Source of the DNA: a virus
Taxonomy: Duplodnaviria; Caudoviricetes
IMG/VR virus record: IMGVR_UViG_3300021446_000228
Span: 1-26,544 of that record
Strand: one strand, 5' to 3'
Length of the DNA stretch: 26,544 nucleotides
Positions 9,235 through 18,833 of the stretch are shown in pieces (the stretch's first letter is position 1; the number at the start of each line of letters is the position of its first letter). Under the pieces are notes generated by a model. The model saw only the letters and a program-made list of their open reading frames with translations, was not told the origin of the DNA and made no database searches. Position numbers and translations under genes: made by a program.

Positions 9235-10668
9235 ATGGGTGGCAGTGGTGCTACATCTGGTACGATTGGTTTTCCCGACTATGTCGAGGATTTCCATAGC
9301 TCCGGTCTGGGGGATGGTTTTGGGGCGTCAGATCACGCCCCAAGAGTTGAGGACATTATCCAAAACTCCTTGATGCCGGGAGGGAACCCTTATTCTGATG
9401 TTTATTTGACCGATCCTCAGGATGAGTTTGATAATATCAGGTCTGGATGGGAGGACTACGATACAAAAGTAACAAACTTTGATCCGTTAGCTGATTGGAA
9501 AGAAATTGTCAATGCTTCCAAGAGTCAGCTTGATGCGGCTGATCCATTTCCTGAAACGGATGTTAATGGAGTCGTCGATTCAGCTGATGTTGATGCACAG
9601 GAACTAATCAACAGCGCGGCCAAAGAAGTTTCTGATGCCACTCCAATTCAAAATGTACTTCCATCCACCGAAGCGGATTGGAACTCAATGGCGGCTAAGG
9701 TGGTGGAGAGAATGGATTCAACGTTGGTGAGTCGGGACTTTGATATAACTCAAGTTGCCTCTGATGCAAGGCAATTCACCAACCAGGTGGTTCAGGATGC
9801 TTTTCAGTCCGCACAGAACTTAGCCCAGGATCAGTATGTTCAGGATCGAATTGATGCCTTCAAAAATCGGCAGGAAAACACCCATCAGAAGAACCTAAGG
9901 CAGTTTACGGGTGGGATGGCCTCGATAAACGCCGTTCATAGTTCGGCCTTCATTATTGGGGCAGCCGCAATGAAGGCGGAGAAACAAAGGAACATAGCGG
10001 AATTTGATTCCCAGATCACCATCCAGTTCTATCAGGGGGTAATTGGACAGCACCTCCAAGCCTATGCCACCTCCCTCCAGGCTGCCGTCAACGGGGAGCA
10101 GGTTGAAATCTCCTCCAGGGATCAGAAAATCAGGGCCGGGCTGCGGACAATCGGACAGGTGAAGGCCCAGGAGGAGAGCTTCAAACAAACCTTCGTTCAA
10201 CTGTTTCAGCAGATTTTCCAGAGCCGATTTCAGTTGGGCCTCCAATCGGAGCAGCAAGCCCTCAATCAGAGGGCGAGGGCATTCCAAGCGGGGATCCAAG
10301 GGATGGGAAACCTCAAGCAGTTTAAGCTTCAAGCCCGAGAGCAAGCCACGAAGCTAAGGACGGAAACTGAAAGAATCACCGTGGCAGGGCGTCAGGAATA
10401 TGAGTTGGAGGTTATGGACAACAACGTTCAACACGCCTTATGGGACTTCAAAGTTTATGATGAAGGGATGAACATTCTCGCCGCACCGTCGGGAATGGCC
10501 CGCCGGATGCCCGAGAAGAAAAGCAAGGCTTCTCATGCGATTGGAGGTGCCCTGTCGGGGGCTGCATCAGGTGCAGCGGTAGGTTCTGCATTTCCCGGTC
10601 CGGGAACGGCAATCGGAGCTGGAGTGGGTGCTGTGTTGGGGGGTGTTGGTGGAGCAATTTCCTACTGA
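9235..10668 (+). CDS. Ejection/DNA pilot protein 1
   Basis: 477 aa, MGGSG start, Gln/Ala-rich helical body and a C-terminal glycine zipper (AIGGALSGAASGAAVG...GTAIGAGVGAVLGGVGG). Confidence 0.7.
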   Translation: MGGSGATSGTIGFPDYVEDFHSSGLGDGFGASDHAPRVEDIIQNSLMPGGNPYSDVYLTDPQDEFDNIRSGWEDYDTKVTNFDPLADWKEIVNASKSQLDAADPFPETDVNGVVDSADVDAQELINSAAKEVSDATPIQNVLPSTEADWNSMAAKVVERMDSTLVSRDFDITQVASDARQFTNQVVQDAFQSAQNLAQDQYVQDRIDAFKNRQENTHQKNLRQFTGGMASINAVHSSAFIIGAAAMKAEKQRNIAEFDSQITIQFYQGVIGQHLQAYATSLQAAVNGEQVEISSRDQKIRAGLRTIGQVKAQEESFKQTFVQLFQQIFQSRFQLGLQSEQQALNQRARAFQAGIQGMGNLKQFKLQAREQATKLRTETERITVAGRQEYELEVMDNNVQHALWDFKVYDEGMNILAAPSGMARRMPEKKSKASHAIGGALSGAASGAAVGSAFPGPGTAIGAGVGAVLGGVGGAISY

Positions 10669-10690
10669 ATAGTGAATTTTTCACCTTTCA
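10666..10690. repeat. Palindromic repeat copy 3: TGAA ta GTGAA TTT TTCAC ct TTCA
   Basis: Read directly; core at 10672-10684. Its first TGA is the stop codon of the 477-aa gene. Confidence 0.95.
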
Positions 10691-10790
10691 TTCTAAGCCC
10701 TCCCCTCGTTAGTATGGCTTTCGGATCTTCCTGCATATGAGAGTTTGAAGGCGAGGGGTTTTTCCTTTTCTCATTTCCCATCTTAATCCA

Positions 10791-12290
10791 ATGGCTACCA
10801 GAGATAAGCTGATGTCGGCCCTTAGAAATCAGGGAGATTCTTTTCCTGATGATTTGGAAAGAACGGAAATCCCTGACGCTCTGGGAGAGCAAGAGGAAGT
10901 GGTAGATGCCCAGGAGGTTATCGAAGGACGTCCTTCGGGGGATTCTGGTGATCAAATCGTCCGAAGCCCCGATCCCGGCCCTCCTCGTGGTCAGGAGAAT
11001 CCCTTTCAGCAACAGCCCTATCAGTATGGTCCCTCGAAGAACGACTTCTTCGCCTCCGAACGAGCGGAAACTCCAGAGGATCTCCAGCAAACGCCGCCAG
11101 GATCCCCGGCGCCCTCAGAGATGAAGGAAACGGGCGGGGCGTTGAAGAAGATCGGGGATGCCCTGGGGAAGCCTGGGGTTCAGAAAACCCTTGCTCAATG
11201 GGGCGCTGCCATCGCAGGGCCTGATAGCTTCGCGGCCCGCCTCGCCAAGCCGACGGTTGATTCAGCTAATGCCCGACAGCAAGCGAAGCTATCGGCTGCG
11301 GCAGAGGAAGGAGATCAGGCCCTCCAGGAGGCGATTAAGAACAGCGTGAATGTGAGTTCCGAAACCCTCGATAAGGTTCGGAAGCGTCGGATGCAGCAAC
11401 AGCAGCAGGAGCTGGCCGAACGCCGCGTTGATGTCCAGGAGCAGCGGGCCGAGGAAATGGAGGAACGGACAAAGTTGCAGCGGGAATCCCAGGAGTTTCA
11501 GCAAGGGATGGCAGAGGAGAAGCTTAGCATGGAACGGGCCTCCCAGGAGTTTCGGCAGAGGATGCAGGAGGCTCAAACCGACCTGCAACGGCAACGGGTC
11601 GCGATGGAGCAGCTTAAAACGAATGCGCAGGTTCAGAAAATGCAGGATCTGGCCGACAACCGGGCGGCTCGCCTCGAGATCCGTCGGAAAAACGCGAAGA
11701 AGAATCGTCAATATAAGCAAGCTCAGATTGATAACATGTCGGGTGCTCCGCAGCAACAGCTTAGTCCCGGCGACTATTATCAGGGCCTCCGGACTTTGTC
11801 TAAGCAAGCACAGCGACGGCTCTCCGATCTCCAGGCCCAGGAACAGGAGTTGCTTAAAAGCCTCAACAGCGACTTCCTCCAGCAAGCCCAGCAGAAGGAT
11901 CCGGAGGATCGGAATCTTGCGGAGAAGAATGCTATTGAAACGGACTCAACCTTGCAGGGGGTGAGGGAAAGGAAGAGGCAGATGAGGAAGGATCTTCAAA
12001 ATTATAATGAAATGATTCAGAAAGGAATGACAAGACCTCCGGATAGCATGAGGAGTCAACAGCCTTCGCAAACCCAACCTCCGCCTGCTCCCCAGGATAG
12101 CACCCAGACTGCACCTGATAGCTCCCAAATTCAACCGCTTTCTCCAGAGGAGTTTCTCCAGGGCACGAAGCAAACTCCTTCTGATACCATTTCCTTCCCG
12201 AGATTCCCTACCGAACAAGCTGCTCGCGATGCAGGCTACGGCCAGGGAGATGTCGTCATCATTGATACCACGAAAGCCAGACTCCACTGA
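10791..12290 (+). CDS. Ejection protein 2 (coiled-coil)
   Basis: 499 aa, Gln/Glu/Arg coiled coils, Pro-rich linkers and a small C-terminal module (FPTEQAARDAGYGQGDVVII). TGATG-coupled to the giant ORF. Confidence 0.65.
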   Translation: MATRDKLMSALRNQGDSFPDDLERTEIPDALGEQEEVVDAQEVIEGRPSGDSGDQIVRSPDPGPPRGQENPFQQQPYQYGPSKNDFFASERAETPEDLQQTPPGSPAPSEMKETGGALKKIGDALGKPGVQKTLAQWGAAIAGPDSFAARLAKPTVDSANARQQAKLSAAAEEGDQALQEAIKNSVNVSSETLDKVRKRRMQQQQQELAERRVDVQEQRAEEMEERTKLQRESQEFQQGMAEEKLSMERASQEFRQRMQEAQTDLQRQRVAMEQLKTNAQVQKMQDLADNRAARLEIRRKNAKKNRQYKQAQIDNMSGAPQQQLSPGDYYQGLRTLSKQAQRRLSDLQAQEQELLKSLNSDFLQQAQQKDPEDRNLAEKNAIETDSTLQGVRERKRQMRKDLQNYNEMIQKGMTRPPDSMRSQQPSQTQPPPAPQDSTQTAPDSSQIQPLSPEEFLQGTKQTPSDTISFPRFPTEQAARDAGYGQGDVVIIDTTKARLH

Positions 12291-15200
12291 TGGGATATAC
12301 TCCTCTCGACGAAGAAGAACCATTTCAGCAGGACACCTTCGAGGAGGAAGCGGATACCTCTGGTCGTGGGTTTACTCCGATTGAGGAGGTGGGAGGTAGG
12401 GAGCAGCAGAATCGTGGGTTTACTCCGATCAATGAGGAAGAAGCGCTGTTGGATACAACCGGAGGGGACGGGGCGGCGGGCGGCGTAGGCGGCGACGTTG
12501 GCGGACAGGCGGCAAGCGGGCAAGGGCCGGAGGCTGGGGTTGGGCAAAGGGCGAAACCCGACACAGCGCGACGTCGCGAAAGGCAGCAAGCAGCCGTTAA
12601 GGGCGCGACGGATGCCACCTCCGGCCTGGGCACAACAGAGATCAACATAGGCGGCGTCCAACTTGCAAGCGAAAACATCAACCCCGCCGAACAAGCCTTC
12701 AATGCGTTTGCGAAGCGCGGCCTAACGGAATTTGGGAAGGCCATCAAAGGCGTGGGAAACTTCGTGGGTCAAACAGATCGAGCGGAACAGGTGTCGGAAC
12801 GGCTTGGGATTGGAGGGGCTGGGGAAGCAGATAGGAGGGAGAATAAAACGGCTTATCAGATAGGCCAATTCATGGTCAACAGCGTCCAGGAGGCGTTTCC
12901 CGAGGATCCCGAGATGCAGGGGAGCTTCCTGGCAAGCAAGCTGCCTGCGGCGGTGGGATCGGGGGCGGCTTATATCGGGGCCGCCGCAGTGTCAGGAGGG
13001 GCCGGTGCCGCTGCGATGGGCAGCCTTAGCCTGGCCCAGCAGGAGTTTGAGCAAGCCAAAAGGAAGGGATCTTCCGATGATGAGGCTTTCAGCGCCTTCC
13101 TGTGGAACCTCCCTGCGGGCGGGATCGAGGCCATCCCCGCCGCAAGGTACTTCAAGCGACTTGATAAGTTCACAGGTGGTCAGGTTAAGAAAGTTCTAAG
13201 CAAGGGCACGAAGAGCCTCCTCCAAAACAAGCCTGCCCAAACGTTGATCGGAGGCGTTGATGAGGCAGTTCAGGAAATCATTCAGCAGACTTACTCAAAC
13301 ATCGCCGCGGGGAAGATTTATGATAAAACAAGGGGCATCTTTGAAGGAGTAACCGAAGGAGGAACCCTGGGTTTCGGTGCTGGGATTCTCCTTAATGCGA
13401 TGGGCCTTAGCCTGCGAGGGCAGTATGCTAAAGCTCAGACTAAGGAAGCGAGGGCTGATATCGTTGAGGGCTACGAACTCTTGAAACAGGCGGGGAATGA
13501 CGCCAGAATGAGGGACGTGGTTCTGGATATGGAGGACCTCCAGGCCGCAGAGTTGGAACAGGCTCTTCGGGATCGGTCGGATGAACTCAACTCCATCGGA
13601 AGAGAAGAGGCCCGGGAGCCTGGAATGGTTATGACTCTTCCTAACCATGAGAAGGATCTGGCCCATTGGGCTATCGAAACAAAGGCTGTTGATGACTATG
13701 GACAGCCAATCCCTTACTACCACGGGACCGATCAAACGTTTGGGCGATTCTCAAAGGAAAAAATAGGTTCCGAGCATGACGAAGGCTGGTATGGAGCGGG
13801 CTTCTATTGGACGCCGGATCCTACCAATACGGAGGAGTTCATGGCCGATGTTGAGTTGATGCAGCTAACGGAGGAAAAGGCCCAGGAGGCTGATACAGAA
13901 ATCTGGCAACCCGAAGAACCTCCACAGCCCAACGTCCGAAAGGCTTATCTGGACCTAAGAGATCCTCTGGTTGTTGATCGGACGATCAACGTACCGGGGA
14001 GCAAAGCGCTCCTGGATGCCTTCGACCGGGCCATTAGCGATCCCGAAACGCGAAAGGACTTTGAGGATGCAAAGATGCTCCTTAAAAAGATGCGGGATCG
14101 GAGTTTGAAGGATATCGACACGGGCGGTAAGCAAGCAACCAGAGTTAAGAATGTTGATGCCCTGAACGACGTTGAAAGGAAGCGTTGGGATGAGTTGGTT
14201 GAGCAGTATGGGAAACCCCTGGGGACCCAATCCGACTTCATGAATTATATAAGCCCGCACATCGGCGGCAAAATGGCAACGGGCTTTGCTAAAGCTGCCG
14301 GAAAGGATGGCGCGGTGGTTTACTATCACGATAACAACAACCGGACTATCGGCAACGCAAATGAGGTTGTTGTTTTCGATGAAAAGCAGATAAGAAATGC
14401 CTACTCGCCTGCCCAGGAGAAGACAACGCATACTCCGCTTTCCGATCAGGCGGAAATTCCCGACAAGTATGGCTCGCCGCTCATCAACGCATATGAGCAA
14501 TATGCATTCGCAAAGGAGAACCGGGAGGCTACCAGTGGTGTTATGGATGCGTCCGAAAGTGCTTATAATGAGCAAGCGGCTCTTCATGAACAAAAACTGC
14601 GGGAACTAAAGCAACGAGCAAGGGCGGAAGGCGTCAATCCCATTTCCTTCATCAGGGATATGGAGAACCGGGGTTATGGAACCCAGGCCGTGGCCCAACT
14701 GGTGGCAGAGGAGATGGCGGTTCAAGCTCGACAGAAGCAAAAAGCAAGGAGGGTCCAGGAGGCCCATGAGGTAAGCACTCAACAGAAAACCTTAATGATG
14801 ACCAAGCCCCAGCTTCCTTCGGAAGCAGTGGAAGGAACGGGAACGGAGCTTGCCACGGATGCCAGGGAAAAGTATGTACCAGAGGAGGAACGAACCATGT
14901 GGAGAAAGTTCAAAAACTGGTTCATGGGAGGAAGCTCCTACAAGGAAACCGAACCTCCGGCCATCAGGCAGGAGAAACAACGGACGGAGGGAGCGATGAA
15001 TGCAGAACTCAAGAAGATGCAGCTTGCCGCAGGTAAATACCTTCGGGCACTCGATGAGGAAAGGGGCAAAGCATCTGATGAGGAAGTAAGCCAAAGGGAG
15101 CGGCAGCTGATGGAGGACACCCAGGCAGTCCTTGAGGGGCGGAAGGACCTGGAGGATCTTCCCAAATCAATGAGGGAGGCCACAATGGAGATGAGGGTCC

Positions 15201-17527
15201 ATGTTGATAGGCTCTCCCAACAGGCTATCAACGAAGGAATCGCATCAGGCCCTCTGGAGGCCACTTTCCGACAAGGGTTGGGGATCTACCTCAAGCGAAG
15301 CTATAAGATTGACGACGTGGAGGATTGGGGAAGGTCGAATCTGGACCAACAGGTCCTCAACGAAGCGGCAGCATATCTCCAGGAGGAAAATCCCGACTGG
15401 TCGGGTGAGCGGGTTCAGAATGAAATTGACAGGATTCTCAAGCAGGATCGAAGTTCGGATTACTATCTCCCCGGTGGGGAGGGGGATGCTGATTTCAGCA
15501 GCCTCCGACATCGGAAAACGGATGAGGAACTCGATCCCAGGATCCGGGCGCTGATGGGAGAGTACACTAAGGGGCATATCAACTACATGAAGTCCGTGGC
15601 GAACCTGGCTCAAATGATCCATAAGTCCCGCTTCAATCAGCGGGTCAAGGAAATCGGCCTGGAGGCGGGATTTATTATGGACCGGGCCGGCGATCAAAGA
15701 GTTCCCGACCATTTCGAGCCTGTCGATCTCTCTAACGAGCAACTGGATTCCCCAGAGCAACGACGACAGAACAGCACCCTCGCGGCGGATCCTCAGGTTG
15801 CCCAGGCGTTGGAGGATCTCGACAATCAATATGATCCAGGGCTGTTCGTTAAGTCGCTCCTAACGATGAACGCGGGGGCGAAATATAGCAAGACCGTCCT
15901 GGCCCAAATCACCCACGGGAGGAATCTGATTGGAGGGTTGGGGTTTGCACTTCAGAACGCACGTAAACCAAAGGGGAAGGATTTCAGGTGGGCCTACAAC
16001 GTGGCGGTCGCCAATGCACGAGATAAAACCGACAGCAGGCTCCTAACGGGAGATCCCGATCCAAAGCAACTGGAAAAGGACCTCCTTCAAATGACGAAGT
16101 TCGGCCTCCTGGATCAAGATACGCAAATTGGAGAAATCAGGGGGCTTGTTGAGGACATTGGGGAAGAAACCTCAATGGAAAACGTGATGGAACAGATGAT
16201 TTCCAGTAGGTCCAATGATAATCCCGTCTATAAAGCGGCACGATTCCTTAGGCTATCGGGCGAAAATGCAAGTAAAGTTTATCAAGCGGAGGATAACCTC
16301 ATCCGGCTGGCCTTTTATAAGGCGGAGCAGCGACGATTCAGGAAGGCCCTCCCAGGATGGAGTGATGACAGAATCAACGCCAAAGCAGCCAGCAACGTTA
16401 AGAAGACCTATCAGGATTATAGCCAAGTTCCCAACTGGGTCAAGGAACTTCGGCGGGTTCCTCCATTCGGAACCTTCGTTAGCTTCCACGCCGAAGTATT
16501 CCGAACCTCTATCAACACCGCCTCGATTGGATGGCAGGAACTTAATAGCCCTAACAGGGAGCTAAAGAAAATCGGCGCAAAGCGCCTTGCAGGGTTGACT
16601 GCATCCCTGATCCCCCTGGCAGGAGCGGAAGCGGGCATAGCAGCAGCGGCCACCAAGCTGATGTCGGATGTTACCGATGAGGAAGACAGCTGGCTTCGGG
16701 ACTTCCTTGCTCCCTGGGATAAGGATAGCGAGTTGGCCCACGTTGCACGGGAAGGGCTGGACTTCTTCTACGTTAACGTTAGCCACCTGGACCCGATGAG
16801 CGTGATCAAGGAACCTGTGGCGAGGGCCTTTAGGAACGGCAAGGAACCTCCACTTGATCGCCTAATGGGCGTGGCGAGGAAACTTCTTGGCCCCTTCATG
16901 GACAGAGAAATAATCGCAACCAAGCTCCAGGAGGCATCCCAAGGGATGACCACCGATGGGAAGCCCATTTGGAACCGGGCTGATAGCAAGGCGACGAAAG
17001 CGAAGAAGGCGCTTTGGCACGTGTGGGAAGGCTTCGAGCCAGGAGCCTTCCGATCAGCCAGAAAGATGGGATACTCCTACGACGTCAGTGTTAATCAGGG
17101 GATTCCTGATGAGCTCCAGGTGGGTGAGGAGTTGCCTAAAAGCCAGAAGGAGGAATGGCAAGCCGTGTTGGGTGCGATGGGCCTTCGGGTTACGAAGGTT
17201 AATGTCCCCAGGAGCCTCATGTTCCAGGGAAGGGAATACTCCAAACAGATCCAGAGCGCAAGGAGCATCTTCAACAAGCGGGCCAAATACAACGAAAACG
17301 CAACCCCAGAGGAGGTCAGCAATGCGATGAAAACGGCAAACCAAGCCTATCGGGAGCAGTACAAAGAAATGAGAAGAAAGGTCCAGAACGCACGGAAGCT
17401 GGGGATGAGTTGGAAGGAGATTGATAGCAAATTGGACGACGCCGGGGTCTCCAAGAAGTATCGGGAAGACCTCAAGCGAGGATGGGCCAGGGACCTGGTG
17501 GGGTTTGAGGATATGCAGAAGGAATGA
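12290..17527 (+). CDS. Large ejection / polyvalent protein with ART-PolyVal-like ADP-ribosyltransferase domain
   Basis: 1745 aa; last gene of the virion operon. Gly/Ala hydrophobic helices in the N-terminal region. ART motifs GQPIPYYHGT, GWYGAGFYWT, AYLDLRDP, GKDG and EVVVFDEKQIR at about 13679-14404. C-terminal region (YQDYSQVP...PPFGTFVSF) typical of gp16-like proteins. Confidence 0.8.
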   Translation: MGYTPLDEEEPFQQDTFEEEADTSGRGFTPIEEVGGREQQNRGFTPINEEEALLDTTGGDGAAGGVGGDVGGQAASGQGPEAGVGQRAKPDTARRRERQQAAVKGATDATSGLGTTEINIGGVQLASENINPAEQAFNAFAKRGLTEFGKAIKGVGNFVGQTDRAEQVSERLGIGGAGEADRRENKTAYQIGQFMVNSVQEAFPEDPEMQGSFLASKLPAAVGSGAAYIGAAAVSGGAGAAAMGSLSLAQQEFEQAKRKGSSDDEAFSAFLWNLPAGGIEAIPAARYFKRLDKFTGGQVKKVLSKGTKSLLQNKPAQTLIGGVDEAVQEIIQQTYSNIAAGKIYDKTRGIFEGVTEGGTLGFGAGILLNAMGLSLRGQYAKAQTKEARADIVEGYELLKQAGNDARMRDVVLDMEDLQAAELEQALRDRSDELNSIGREEAREPGMVMTLPNHEKDLAHWAIETKAVDDYGQPIPYYHGTDQTFGRFSKEKIGSEHDEGWYGAGFYWTPDPTNTEEFMADVELMQLTEEKAQEADTEIWQPEEPPQPNVRKAYLDLRDPLVVDRTINVPGSKALLDAFDRAISDPETRKDFEDAKMLLKKMRDRSLKDIDTGGKQATRVKNVDALNDVERKRWDELVEQYGKPLGTQSDFMNYISPHIGGKMATGFAKAAGKDGAVVYYHDNNNRTIGNANEVVVFDEKQIRNAYSPAQEKTTHTPLSDQAEIPDKYGSPLINAYEQYAFAKENREATSGVMDASESAYNEQAALHEQKLRELKQRARAEGVNPISFIRDMENRGYGTQAVAQLVAEEMAVQARQKQKARRVQEAHEVSTQQKTLMMTKPQLPSEAVEGTGTELATDAREKYVPEEERTMWRKFKNWFMGGSSYKETEPPAIRQEKQRTEGAMNAELKKMQLAAGKYLRALDEERGKASDEEVSQRERQLMEDTQAVLEGRKDLEDLPKSMREATMEMRVHVDRLSQQAINEGIASGPLEATFRQGLGIYLKRSYKIDDVEDWGRSNLDQQVLNEAAAYLQEENPDWSGERVQNEIDRILKQDRSSDYYLPGGEGDADFSSLRHRKTDEELDPRIRALMGEYTKGHINYMKSVANLAQMIHKSRFNQRVKEIGLEAGFIMDRAGDQRVPDHFEPVDLSNEQLDSPEQRRQNSTLAADPQVAQALEDLDNQYDPGLFVKSLLTMNAGAKYSKTVLAQITHGRNLIGGLGFALQNARKPKGKDFRWAYNVAVANARDKTDSRLLTGDPDPKQLEKDLLQMTKFGLLDQDTQIGEIRGLVEDIGEETSMENVMEQMISSRSNDNPVYKAARFLRLSGENASKVYQAEDNLIRLAFYKAEQRRFRKALPGWSDDRINAKAASNVKKTYQDYSQVPNWVKELRRVPPFGTFVSFHAEVFRTSINTASIGWQELNSPNRELKKIGAKRLAGLTASLIPLAGAEAGIAAAATKLMSDVTDEEDSWLRDFLAPWDKDSELAHVAREGLDFFYVNVSHLDPMSVIKEPVARAFRNGKEPPLDRLMGVARKLLGPFMDREIIATKLQEASQGMTTDGKPIWNRADSKATKAKKALWHVWEGFEPGAFRSARKMGYSYDVSVNQGIPDELQVGEELPKSQKEEWQAVLGAMGLRVTKVNVPRSLMFQGREYSKQIQSARSIFNKRAKYNENATPEEVSNAMKTANQAYREQYKEMRRKVQNARKLGMSWKEIDSKLDDAGVSKKYREDLKRGWARDLVGFEDMQKE
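12364..12429 (+). repeat. 18-nt direct repeat TCGTGGGTTTACTCCGAT x2 (encodes RGFTPI)
   Basis: Exact copies at 12364-12381 and 12412-12429. A third peptide variant, GYTPL, is at the N-terminus. Confidence 0.9.
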
Positions 17528-17554
17528 AGGGTGAAATTTTCACCCTTCATTCCT
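17520..17554. repeat. Palindromic repeat copy 4, perfect 17-bp arms, at the convergence of the two gene modules
   Basis: AGGAATGAAGGGTGAAA-T-TTTCACCCTTCATTCCT; core at 17531-17543. Contains both convergent TGA stops (17525-17527 on +, 17547-17549 on -). Confidence 0.95.
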
Positions 17555-18788
17555 CCCCCTCTGCCTCTTTGTAGGCTTCATACTCCTTCGGGGTATGCTT
17601 GTAAATGGTCTGCGATCCCCTGACTATTTCCCGACAGTAGTCGGTGGCCTTTATCATGTCCATCAACTGGAGCAGGTGGTCTCGTCCATCGAGGTCCGTT
17701 ATAAATGCCTTTAGGAGTCTGCGCTGGGTGATCTCCTCTTCGGAGCGGATGACTCGCATCAACTTCTGGAGCAATTCAGAGTCATCGCTTTGCCCCTTCC
17801 CGGCGAAGGCGAATGGCATGTTTTCCTCCGTTTGCCTTAGGCGCTCGAGGGCACGATCAAAATCATGCTTGGTAAGCCGCTTAACCACTTCGCCGCTTTC
17901 GTCGGTTCGATCAAAGTCAAGATGGGCGGCGCTTAGGATCATTGAGGTTTTCAACAGATGGACTTGCCTCCGATTGACGTAGCCCCTTAGCTTGGGACCC
18001 AGATCGGGCGGGTTCTTCTCATTCTCGATGTACCACTCAGAGTACCTCTCAAAGAAAGCCTCGGTGAAACCCCACGCTCCTTGCAACTTTTGAATCTTGA
18101 GGAGATCCTCGGCAAGGTTCTTCCCCAACACTCGTTCTTCCTGATTGAGGAAGGGCGCCGGGACGATCTTACTCTTAGTCTCCTCATATACGAAGATAAT
18201 CCGGGAGGCTAAGCCCCCGGCGATGCCTGTTTCGGGAAATGCAGTTCTTACCAAATGAGGGGTGGTCGCCCCAATCAGGTTGACCCATACGCCGCTGATT
18301 TCCTCTGTCCCCTGGGTTTTTGTCTTGTTTTCCCACAGGTCGGCACAATCATACCAGTCGGTCATATCCATTATCAACTGCGGATTGTTATAGCCCAGGA
18401 AAACGGTTAGTTCCTGACTATGGATGGTCAGATTGGCAGCAATATCGATTTCCTGCTCTCCTTCCATCCCCATCGTTTCCGCACGTTTGAGGTCCTCAAC
18501 AAGGGCGGCCCTTGTCACGGCGTCGGCGCTGACCTTGATATCAAGCCCCTTGAGGAAGTCCTTCCCAATCCCCATTGCAGTTCCCTTGCGGCACTTCCCC
18601 GATGGGCCAACCAGGACGATATAGAGGTTCGGATAGAAAGTCTCATGCCCCCACGGAACGTAGCACTTCCTCCTGAGGGCGCTTGCGATGACACTACAAG
18701 CCACCCAATATTTGTACAAAGTGGGAGGCTCGCTGTTTTCTGTATACTCTAAATAGCCCTCGATCCAATCATCGACAAGCCGGGACAT
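17547..18788 (-). CDS. DUF3987/YfjI-like P-loop protein, putative replicative helicase
   Basis: 413 aa. SEPP...YPNLYIVLVGPSGKCRKGTA (variant Walker A), IHSQEL (Walker B position), NLIGATTP and GGLASRIIFVY. Directly downstream of the polymerase. Confidence 0.75.
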   Translation of the reverse strand: MSRLVDDWIEGYLEYTENSEPPTLYKYWVACSVIASALRRKCYVPWGHETFYPNLYIVLVGPSGKCRKGTAMGIGKDFLKGLDIKVSADAVTRAALVEDLKRAETMGMEGEQEIDIAANLTIHSQELTVFLGYNNPQLIMDMTDWYDCADLWENKTKTQGTEEISGVWVNLIGATTPHLVRTAFPETGIAGGLASRIIFVYEETKSKIVPAPFLNQEERVLGKNLAEDLLKIQKLQGAWGFTEAFFERYSEWYIENEKNPPDLGPKLRGYVNRRQVHLLKTSMILSAAHLDFDRTDESGEVVKRLTKHDFDRALERLRQTEENMPFAFAGKGQSDDSELLQKLMRVIRSEEEITQRRLLKAFITDLDGRDHLLQLMDMIKATDYCREIVRGSQTIYKHTPKEYEAYKEAEGEE

Positions 18789-18833
18789 CGCTTCCTTGTT
18801 TTCCTTATTGAAAGCCTCGAACAGTTTGGCTTT

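Noticed and set aside
13161-13173. Near-matches to the palindrome core inside genes (TTGATAAGTTCAC here; GTGAAATACTCGC near 20536)
   Set aside because: Two core mismatches each and without both correctly spaced outer GAA/TTC arms; compatible with chance.
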